A stretch of DNA of 64,000 nucleotides, taken from Stegostoma tigrinum. Its lineage: Eukaryota. The notes beneath the pieces were generated by a model that saw only the letters and a list, made by a program, of their open reading frames with translations, had not been told where the DNA came from and did no database searches. The translations under genes were made by a program, and so were the position numbers. Each line of letters opens with the position of its first letter. Position 1 is the first letter of the stretch. The DNA is taken from positions 61,550,835 through 61,614,834 of the forward strand of contig NC_081356.1 in assembly GCF_030684315.1 (NCBI RefSeq), in the 5' to 3' direction. This document shows, piece by piece, positions 26,421 to 36,773 of the stretch.

Positions 26421-29400
26421 TGAGTAACAGTTGAAATCTGTGAGGTCTCTGACTCACCTTAACAGTTAAGCCTGGTTTATGGAACTGCTTCTGTTACAAA
26501 ACTTCTGCCTTGGATGTAAAGCCAGAAAATTCCAGGAAAGCTACGTGGGCAACCTTCATAAGATCTGGGTCCCAAAAAGTGATATCAAACCAGACTGGAA
26601 CATTTCAGCCAATGTTTCATAGCAACATGACCTTCCATGAACTTTATTTTGTTCTAGGCACTGCCTGATCTGCTGAGATTTCCAGCATTTTTAATTTGCT
26701 TTTGAAAATGTGAAGTGTTTTGACTACTCCATAGAAACCCAACAATTGCATATTAGATGTCTCAAGTTACTTTTCGAATGGTTGTCAATTAATTGAAATG
26801 TTAGTTTCACTCAAGCAATACCTATTACCATGGTGATGGATGTACAGCACACCTGCGATCCTTATCAAATGCCCATCGAAATAATAGGGCTGATCATTTT
26901 TGACATTGAATGTATCTATGTTAACTAATCAGATTACAAAAATAATTCATCTGGTAAGCCTTTTTACGTAAGTAATATCTATGATCTTTGGTAATAAAAT
27001 GTAATATGCTGCAATTTAGATTTGTCTGTGTTTTGAAGTTTGATGCAGGTTCCTGGCTACTTTTTGGGGAAAGGCAGTCAATAATGCACTTCAAGAAGCT
27101 AGGGTATATATGTCTTCACAAAAACTCAAACAGATGTCCAAATATAATTCTGTATGAAAGACTTTAGATAGCTCAACTTGTCACTTGTGTGCATGCCCAG
27201 CAACAGAATCATTTTTCTTTAGTGGAAAAATTGATTTTTTACGCTAGGGCTCAATATATGGGTTCTTCAAATGGTATCACCATGAGTCTTATGAATGTCA
27301 ATATGAATGTAAAGTTCAGGAGAAAAGAGGCTTAAGGGACATCTTATTGAAGTACTCAGGATTTGAAGGGGTATGATGAATAGAACCATAATAAATTATT
27401 TGACAAAAAACTCTGTAACTATGGCACGCAGATCCAAGCTTAAAAGAAGGCAAGTGAACAGACAATTTAGTTTTAAGCACTTCACAGATGCCAATGAATA
27501 TATGGAATAAATTGTCCAGGAAAATTTAATGATTCATTCATAAAGCTTTAATGAAGCCTATTTAGATTAAAGTTCAAATCACTGACTTGTTTGGAATAGA
27601 ATTTATTTTGTCCATTTATTCCTTTTATTCACTATTATCTGACTTCCTTCCCCAGCCAGGGAAAAGAACAGCCAGAGGCATTTCTGTATAGCACATTTTA
27701 ACTGTGCTCTTCATTCAAGTGACAGAAGGCACTTCTCATACAGAGTAAGACAAAGAGTTACTTTTATTATACGGCTCCAAAAAGCTCCTCAAAGATGGAA
27801 CTTACCCCAGCTGTGAGCAGATAAATCCCATCTGGTAGAGCAGCAGGGACTGGAGTGACAGGTGCCTGTGTCAGTCCAAATGTGATCTGCCAGTTGAAAA
27901 AATGAACAAGCAAGTAATTGAGTTAGTTGACCACCCAGCTTGGAATTTGTATCTAAAAAAAAATTGCTAAATTAATTTGATTCTAAAAAGATATTTTAAC
28001 TGCATTGTGATTGCTTGGCACCAGAAGCTATATTTTTGAAAGCTGAAGGAAGCATCCTACAGTCATTTGCTACACCATATTTACTTCAAAAGGACTATTG
28101 TAATACATTTCAAAAACTGCTTAAAGCTGTGCAGGTCCTGTCAGATATGGCAGATAGGGTAAATTGTGACTCCTTTTCTCTACTCAGCACTCCATATACA
28201 GCTCTCTGCTGGTGACATTTAGACTTTTGATGTTCAGTATGCTCACAAAAGAAATTCCAGAGAAAATGTCTTTGATTTCTTTTTCAAAGGTTAATGCTGT
28301 CTATCTTGCTCGGTATGTGCGTCTACATTAGCCTTAGATCACATAGGCATAGCTTTCTCTAAATATGTAACTGGGTGGCAATGTCTACACCAAAAACAAA
28401 TTCAGTTACTTAACACAATATCTTAAAGCTCAATTGATTAAATCACATTGAACAGATAAGAAGGGCTCAATTTTAAATTTGGGAGTCGAACCTCAGTGCC
28501 TGGATAATTTCCACATCCTGATTTCAGACTCATCTGCATTACTCATGGGAGACAATCAAATTAAGTGCCTCAATTGAGCCAGAGATGAGCTCAATATCCA
28601 ATTAGTGGTGCCAAGCAGTACCAGGAGGTGAAAGCTAACTGCAGAGTGGCAAAGATGGATGGCAGACATAAAGGGAACTGACATTGCCTTGTTGAAGTCA
28701 AGAGAGATGGCTTCAGAGAGTCAGCAACCTCAATGCATACATAACTGGCTAAGTTGAAAAATGGAATTTAAATTGCATGATCCTGTGCAAGATCACCCAG
28801 ACCTCAAAACTATTCAGTGTCAAAAAAAATGTTTTTAACTTTTGCTCACAGTCAACCCAACAACTGTGAAGTATTGTGTAACAGACTACTCAGATCGTTG
28901 CATTACAAAGTGAAAATTGCTTTCTTATTCTTCACAGTGTGTTCACAAGTTTCTCGAGGAACTAAACAGGCTACAAATTGGAGTCCAGCAAGTTTCTTAT
29001 TCACTCCTTACCTCCCTCCTATTAACCCGCTCCTTGCTGTGTAAATTGTCTCACATTCCAAAGGTGGTCGGAATCACTGCCACTCTCTCTGAGACCAATT
29101 TTAAATTATGCCTAAACTGTTGCTGCTCCATTGGCAATTAAATATTCAGGCTCATGTTTCTAAACCAAATAAATGTACAGAAAAGTTAATGTAACAAAGC
29201 AAAATTAAACCCTTATTCTTTGAAAGTATTAACTTTTTCGATGTGATATATAATACATCGATGGGCTGCCATCACAATGCCTTAATTTCTGAAAATAATT
29301 ACAGATAAGGTCATTGAGTCCATCTTTATTCACCCACCCTGGAAGAGTCCAAAATGTCTTTTGCAAAATCTATTTGTTTCCTGGATGATTCCAGGATTTT

Positions 29401-30044
29401 ATCTTCGCTGTTCCCTTAGGAACTTTTTTTTCCCCACTGGTTGATAACTCTTTGTCTAGATAAGAGCTTACTGATAACAGTCTAAAAATCACCTGCTGCA
29501 AATTAGATCCTGTGACCCGTGGACTTACTCCTACAATATAATTTTAACAATTTTTTTCCATTTCTTTATCAATCTTAGTCACAAATTGGTCTCTCTGCAG
29601 CTGACAATAGCATATAATTTTTCCTTGTACTCTACAACATCTCTAAAATCTTTGAAATGGTTGAATAGGCTATCTCTTCTGAAAAAAAAACTTTTTTTGC
29701 TGCGTAGCTCAATGAAATGCTCTCAGTTGATCCCAATCTAATCTATCTGAAAAGACCTAAGGCATTTTTGGCAAGGATGTTTCTTCCTATCTCAACAATG
29801 CCACTTCTAGAGACCCCAAGAAAACCCCACTGGGTCTCTCCTGTTCAACATCTACAAGCTTCCTTTGATGATGCAGGTCAAAACAAATATAGAAAGTAAG
29901 TGCAGGACTGGACTACTTGACCTTCAACTGTGTTTAGCCATTCAATATGATTATAACTGATCCTATGTCTCAATACTGTATTTGCACTCTGTCTCTATGG
30001 CATATTCCACATCACCCACAAGCAAACAAATAACTGTAGTGCGT

Positions 30045-30180
30045 AAAAAACCCAAAGAATTGTGAATGCTGGAAGTCAGAAACAAGAACAGAAATTGCTG
30101 GGAAAACTCAGCTGGTCTGGCAGCATCTATGGAGTGAAGGCAGGGTTAATGTTTTGGGTCTGGTGACCATTGTTCAGAAT
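30045..30180 (-). mobile_element. Solo Penelope terminal repeat (older family), tail present
   Basis: Homologous to 61605-61745 and to the reverse complement of 49096-49233; degenerate hammerhead at its inner end. Confidence 0.75.
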
Positions 30181-30280
30181 GGACCATTTCTAATTCTGCA
30201 TTCTACAACAAGCTTGGTATTACTCCACTGTCCAAAAAATGGTTTGGGAGAGCTTCAGTTTCCTCCTTAAATACTGAGAA

Positions 30281-32870
30281 GGGGCGGTGATGGCCTAGTT
30301 ATGTAATTGCTAGGCTATTAATCCAGAAACTCAGGTATTGTTCTGAGGACAAGGGTTCGAATCCTGCTAATACACATGGTGGAGTTTTAATTCAATAAAA
30401 AAAGGCTGGAATGAAGACTCTACTGGACAATTATCAATTGTCAGGGAAAAACCCATCTCGTTCACTAATCTGCTTCCGGAAATGAAGTCTGCCTGCATGT
30501 GACTCCAGACTCACAACAAATGTTATTGATTCTCAATTGCCCTCTGAAATGGCCTAGCAGATCAATCAGTTGTATCAATCTCTACAGAGTCACAAAGGAG
30601 TGAAGTTAGATGGATCATCTGGCATTGACCTGTGCACCGGAAAAGACTATGCCAGAAACAGTCCTGTCAAACCCAGAAAGCCCTCCTTACTAACATCTGG
30701 GAGCTTGTGCCAGAATTGGGAGAGCCATCTAACAGACTAGTCAAGCAACATCCTGACATAGTCATTGTCACAGAATCATACCTGACCGGCAATGTCCCAT
30801 ATACTACCATTTCCTGATGTGTCCTGTGCCAACAGCAGGACAGAATCAGCAGAGATGGCAGCACAGTGTATGCAGTTGGGAGGGAGCTGCCCTGGGAGTC
30901 ATCAACAACAACAAAAACAGAAGTTGCCGCTAAAGCTCAGCAGGTCTGGCAGCATCTGTGAAGAAAGCAACAGAGTTGACGTTTCGGGTCCAGTGACCCT
31001 TCCTCTCCTTCACAAACGTTGTCAGACCTGCTGAGCTTTTCCCTCAATTTCTGCTTTTGTTCCTGTTTTACAGCATCCGCAGTTCTTTCGGTTTTTGTCT
31101 GGGAGTCCTCAACATTGAGGGACCCTGTGAAGTCTCGTGCTTTCAGGTTAAACATGGGCAAGAAAACTTCTTGCGGATTCTTGCGGATTACCATGTTCTC
31201 CCTCAACTGATGAATCAGTACTCCTCCATATTGAACAATACTTACAGGATGCCAAGAGTGCAAAATGTGCTCTGGGAAAGATATTTCAATGCCAGCCACC
31301 AGGAGTGGCTCAGTACCAGTACTACCGATCGAGCTGGTTGGTTCCTAAAGGACATAGCTGCGAGACTGTGTCTGCAGCAGGTGATAAGGGAACCAACAAG
31401 AGGGAAAAACATACCTAACCTCATCCTTACCGTTCTACCGGCTACAGATGCACTTGTCCATTACCGCAGTAATAGTGACTACTGCAGATTTCTAGTGGAA
31501 ATAAAATCCTGCCTTCACATTGACAATACCTTCCATCATGTTGTGTGACACTATGGCCATGGTAAGTAGGACAGACATTGAGCTGATCTAGCTACATAAG
31601 ACTGGGCATCCATGAGGGTCTGTGGCCATAAACAGCAACAGAACTGTATTCCAGCACAATCTGTAATCTCATGGCCTGGCATATCTCCCACTTGACCATT
31701 ACCATTAAGCAGGGGATCAACTCTGGTTCAATGGAGAGTGTAGGAGGGCATGCCAGGAGCAGCCTCAGGCATACCAAAAAATGAGGGGTCAACCTGCTGA
31801 CGCTATCAATCAGGATTACTTGCAAGCCTAACAGCATAAGCAGCAAGTGATAGCTAGAACTACGTGACCCCACAACCAGCAGATCAGATATAAGCTCTGC
31901 AGTCCAGCCACATCCAGTTGTGAATGCTGGTGGAAAATTAAACAACTCACTGGAGGCCGAGTCTCCAGAAATATCCCCATCCTCAATGATGGAGGAGCTC
32001 AGCCCATCAGTGCAAAAGTTAAGGCTGAAATATTTGCAGCAATCTTCAGCCAGAAGTGCATGAACCATCTTGGCCTCCTCCAGTGGTCCCCAAATTTGCA
32101 TATATAAGCCTTCAGCCAATTTGTTTCACTCCATGTGATATCAAGAAATGGCTGGAGGCACGGAATACCTCAAAACTATGGACCTTGACAACAATCTGGC
32201 AAAAGCACAGGAGGCTGGAGAACCTGCTGCTCCCCAGCCAAATCTTTCCAGTACAGTTACAACATCTACCCGATAACATTGAAAATCCCCCTGGCATATT
32301 CTGTCCATAAAAGGCATGACAAATCCCACCCGGCTAATCACCTCCAATTACTCTCAATCACCAGTAAAGTGATGGAAGGTGTCATCAACAGTGCTATCAA
32401 GCAGCATCTGCTCAGCAATAACTTGTTCAGTGATACCCAGTTTGGGGTCTGCCAGGGCCACTCAGCTCTTGATCTCATTACAGCCTTGGTTCAAACATGG
32501 ACAAAAGAGCTGAATTCAAGAGGTGAGGTGAGAGAGACTGTCATTGATATCAAGGCAGCACTTTACCAGATATGGCAACAAGGACCCCCAGCAAAACTGG
32601 AATCACTGGGTATCATTTGGCAAACTGCCCAGTGGGTTGAAGTCATACCTGACACATAGGAAGATGGTTGTGGTTGTTGGAGGCAAGTCATCTAAGCTTC
32701 AGCATTCTATGCAGGAGTTCCTTAGGGTAGTGTCTTAGGCCCAACCATCTTCTGCTGCCTCATAAAGGACCTTCCCTCCATCATAATGTCAGAAGTGGGG
32801 ATGTTTAGTGATGATTGCAGAGTGTCCAGCACCATTTGCAACTCCTCAGATATTGAAGCAACCCACATTC
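30281..32870 (+). mobile_element. CR1-group LINE with a tRNA/Deu-SINE 5' head; degenerate endonuclease-RT, 3' part lost
   Basis: 30281-30546 aligns with the SINEs at 3523 and 57069 (A box tggcctagt at 30291, B box ggttcgaatcc at 30354-30364). Then LLTNIWELVPELGE...PDIVIVTESYL, EPTRGKNIPNLILT, LLSITSKVMEGVIN, DIKAALYQIWQQG, GVPxGSVLGP, MFSDDC. Confidence 0.85.
30908..31098. mobile_element. 191-bp palindromic mini-Penelope insertion (inverted plus direct terminal repeat)
   Basis: Left arm acaaaaacagaagttg...aagctcagcaggtctggcagc pairs with right arm gtcagacctgctgagctt...ttctgcttttgt; 16-bp duplication ctgggagtcatcaaca (30892-30907) / ctgggagtcctcaaca (31099-31114). Confidence 0.88.
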
Positions 32871-33220
32871 GAATGATTTGATTTATTATTGCGACATAAA
32901 AAAATACAGTGAGAAGTTTTATTTTGCATGCTCTCCAGACAAATCATCCCTTACGTAAGCACATCAGGGTAATAGAACAGAATGCAGATTATGATGTTAC
33001 AGCTAGAGAGAAGGTACAGAGAAAAATCAACTTGAATATATGAGTTGTCCGTTTATAAGACTAATAACAACAGGGAAGAAGCTGTTCTTGAATCTGTTTG
33101 TACATGTTTTCAAACTTTTGTATCTTTTGCCTAATCAAAGAGGATGAAACAGAGTATAACAGGGGTGGAAAGGGTCTTTGATTATGTTGGCTGCTTTCCC
33201 TGAGGCAACAGGAAGTGCTA
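32870..33220 (-). mobile_element. Rex1/Babar LINE 3' end
   Basis: Reverse complement resembles 8150-8490 (aacagcttcttccctg, cactgtatt...aataaatcaaatc). Confidence 0.75.
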
Positions 33221-34229
33221 TTTAAAACAAGCCACAGTGATCTCATGCCAGCACTGATTTGTGGGGTTGTATTTTCTCATGACCAGATCATTGTTTCTGG
33301 AGCGCAGATGGGATTATCGATGGGGTACCAAACATAAAAGATTCCAAGTGAACTGGCTGAGAAATTCAAGATCCTGCTGCAAGCTTCCGCTACACTTGAT
33401 CTCCTTTGAAAATATCCATTAAAACCAGAGAATCCGAGGGTTCCTCTGCAGATAAGGAAGTAGTTACTGAGAAACTATGGTGCTATTAATTACACAGATT
33501 ATTTCCTGAGAAAGTATTTAACGGACACTGACCTAACTCACATGTACAATTATACCTCCCCACAATTCCCCCATCCCCATAACCCTTATGGTCCTTAGAT
33601 CCTGACCAAATACTCCCTGGGATCTGATACCTCTTGCTATTGAACCCAACACTCCTGGCCACCCCCTCCCCCACTCCGGAACATAATGCCATTTCCTTGG
33701 ATGCTGCTGCCATATCTCACCCCATGCCCATCCTCAACCAGATCCAATATCTCCCAACACAACATCCTACTCTAAACACTTGAAGCGTCTTGCACCCTAG
33801 CACACTACCCCCAACACCCTACCTTCCTGCCACTCTAACCTCACATTCACCTTACGTAGTTACCCTTTCACAGGAGCTGGCAAAGTGGCAGCCCTTGTTG
33901 CTTTTTATTTCCCTCTTAAGCTTTTGACAAGGTGTTTACTCGAGATTGCTTTCAGAGCCACAGCTCCTTTCTCAGAGTCTGTCTCCAGCCTTCTCTACAC
34001 AATATGGCTTTCAATTGAAGTATCTCAAATGCACCCAGGATTATAGTTATCCCTGAGACAGAGAAAGCTCCACAGGCAGTTGTTTTCACTGCATTGTGAA
34101 ATTCATACTCAATGTATACATATTCTCCAATTCTCTATGTCAAAGCTGTCTAGATCCCCACCATTACGTCATTTTTTCAGCTTACTTGACATCTGAATAA
34201 GAGCTCAGGTATTAAGGAATGCAAAATGC

Positions 34230-34725
34230 CATCAACATTGAAGGGTCCTCAGATATGTCCAACCCATTTTCACACTTCTGCTGTCACCCATTTTCATCCA
34301 TTCCCCCTCCTCTCAGAACAATAGGACTCACTTTGCTCTCATTTTCCACCCGACCAATCTCCACATTCAAAAAATCATTCTCTGTCACTTCAGCCACCTC
34401 CAGCAAGATGCCACAACCAAACATATGTTCATATTCCTCCCTTGTCAGCATTCCACAGGGACCATTCCTTTTCAGATATCCTGGCCCACTCCTCCTTCAC
34501 CCAACTTCTCTTCACTCCACCATGGCAACTTCCATTGCAATTGTAGCAGATGGAATAGTTGCCCTTTTCCCAGTTCACTAGCCAAGGCTTCCCTCATCTT
34601 GCAGGCCAAACAGCATTGTCCTTTCAGCTTTGTCCACTGTATTCACTCACACAACGTGGTTTCCTCTACATTGCTGAGACCAAATGTAGACTAGATGGAT
34701 GCTTTGGAGAACGCCTCTGCTCTGC
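34230..34725 (+). mobile_element. Old Penelope-like fragment (thumb/linker/GIY-YIG)
   Basis: Reads FHPTNLHIQKIILCHFSHLQQDATTKHMF and GFLYIAETKCRLDGCFGERL, homologous to 17950-18360. Confidence 0.8.
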
Positions 34726-34919
34726 CAACTGGTATTATACTGTGAGTGAAGCACAGATATACTACTTGTCACAGATGTACACATCTGGAAGATTTGATGC
34801 ATGGCAGAAATTTGTGTTGAGTCCAGTATGACTCTTCTTCAGAACTCTGTGTGTTTGTTTCAGATTAGCAGCATCTGCTTCTGCTTTGTTTCTATTACTG
34901 TGTTGAATCTTAGTGCGGA

Positions 34920-35700
34920 GCTAAGAAATGGCAAGGGGCAGGAGATGTTAGTTGAAGTAATTTAAAGGCAATGGAATAATCGTGGCAATGCGGGTCAAGG
35001 TATTAATCACATAATTAGAGAAGCATGTAGCAAGAGCAAAACAGTAATCATTGGTGACTTTAATCAGCATATGGACTGGATAAACCAGTTGAGCACTATA
35101 GTTGTGAAGTGTGTGTTTCTAGAATCTGTTAGGTTTGGTTTTTAAAAGCAGTGTGATAAAGAGCCAACTGGAGGACATGTTATTTTAGATAGAGTCATAT
35201 GGGATGGAAACAGGCCCTTCAGTCCAACCTCTCCATGCCACAAAACATCGCAATCTGACTCAGTCACATTCGCCAGCATTTGGTCCATATCCCCCTAAAC
35301 TCCTCCTATTCTTATAGCCATCAAGATGCCTTTTAAATGTTGTATTGTACCAGACTCCACCACTTCCTCAGGCAGCTCATTCTATATACGCACAAACCTC
35401 TGCGTGATAAAGTTACCCACCCCCACAAGGTCTTTTTAAAATTTTTCTCCTCTCACCTTATTCTCGTATTCTGTAATGAAAACAGGACTAATTAACAATC
35501 TTGACGTAAAAGAACCTGTAGGGATGACTGACCATCACCTAGCAGAATTTTGAAAATTAGGAAGATTAATCTGAAGGAAGTGTATTAATTTTGAATTAGG
35601 GAACTTACAAACACATGAAACATAAATTGACTGAGGAGGCTTGGGGAAATTGTTAAAAAGCATCACTGTACATGGGTAATGGATAATATTTAAAGAAATG
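34920..35700 (+). mobile_element. Old CR1 endonuclease fragment containing an antisense CR1 3' end (35190-35460)
   Basis: VIIGDFN and EPTGGHVILD|LVFCNE...DH motifs are interrupted by the reverse complement of a CR1 3' UTR. Confidence 0.7.
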
Positions 35701-36044
35701 AGGCAGATTGTTGCCTTCATTCATTATTCTCCACTTGCAAACTCCATCAAAAAATACAGCCTGTAGCTCTCAGTAGCTCCTTTCCCCTTCTTATATTCAC
35801 ACTCCCTGTCAGTGCAAAACACAACGAAGACAGAAAAGAGTAGGATGATCCTGACACAAAAATATTATATCAGGACAGGGCAAATATGGTTAATGATAAG
35901 GTCCTGGGGATTGCTGCTGAAACTGGAGACCTTAGAGTGCATCTTCATGGCTCCTTGAAAGTGGAGTCACAGCTGGACAGGATAGTGAAAAAGGCATTTG
36001 ATATGCTGAATGTGAGTTTGCTCGCTGAGCTGGAAGGTTAGTTT

Positions 36045-36084
36045 TCAGACGTTTCGTCACCATTCTAGGTAACATCATCAGTGA
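36045..36084 (-). ncRNA. Minimal type-I hammerhead ribozyme motif (antisense twin)
   Basis: Exact reverse complement of 36331-36370. Confidence 0.8.
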
Positions 36085-36330
36085 GCCTCCGGTGAAGCGC
36101 TGGTGTTATGTCTCACTTTCTATTTATCTGTTTAGGTTTCCTTGGGTTGGTGATGTCATTTCCAGTTCTTTTTCTCTTTGTTAAGCACATTGCTTTGGAG
36201 CCCATCTACCATCCTCTGAGAAAAAGAACAGGAAATGACATCACCAACGCAGGAAATGACATCACCAACCCAAGGAAACCAAAACAGATAAATAGAAAGC
36301 GGGACATAACACCAGCGCTTCACCGGAGGC

Positions 36331-36370
36331 TCACTGATGATGTTACCTAGAATGGTGACGAAACGTCTGA
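36331..36370 (+). ncRNA. Minimal type-I hammerhead ribozyme motif
   Basis: tca-CTGATGA-t-gttacc-tagaat-ggtgac-GAAACGTC-tga: intact core, 6-bp stem II, stem I tca/tga, palindromic ACGT in place of stem III. Confidence 0.8.
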
Positions 36371-36773
36371 AAACTAACCTTCCAGCTCAGCAAGCAAACT
36401 CACATCCAGAACCTCAACCTGAGCTACAAGTCTTCTCAAAACTTGCTAGGCATTTGATATGCTTGCCTTGATTCGTCATATAGCAGCTGTATAGGACATT
36501 GGTTAGGCCACTTTTAGAATACTACATGCTATTCTGGTCTCCCTGCTATAGGAAAGATATTGTGAAACTTGGAAGGGTTCAGAAAAGATTTACAAGGATG
36601 TTGTCAGGAATGAAGGATTTAAAGTATAGGGAGAGGCTAAATAGGCTGGGGCTATTTTCCCTGGAGTATCGGAGGCTGAGGGATGGCCTTATAGAGGTTT
36701 ATAAAAGCATGAGGTACATGGATAGGGTAAATAGCCAAGGTCTTTTCCCTGTGATGGGGATTTCAAAACTAGA

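Larger units (their letters stand above)
36008..36447. mobile_element. 440-bp palindromic Poseidon-type Penelope insertion
   Basis: Arms 36008-36176 and 36218-36407 are near-perfect inverted repeats; exact 16-bp duplication aggcatttgatatgct at 35992-36007 and 36448-36463; spacer and right arm read KHIALEPIYHPLRKRTG, resembling a Poseidon C-terminus. Confidence 0.92.

Noticed and set aside
28917-29141. Exon after the acceptor-like tttcttattcttcacag
   Set aside because: Peptide not recognisable and runs into a stop without a clear donor.
30281-30370. tRNA gene
   Set aside because: A and B boxes are present but there is no cloverleaf; it is a SINE-type head shared with 3523 and 57069.
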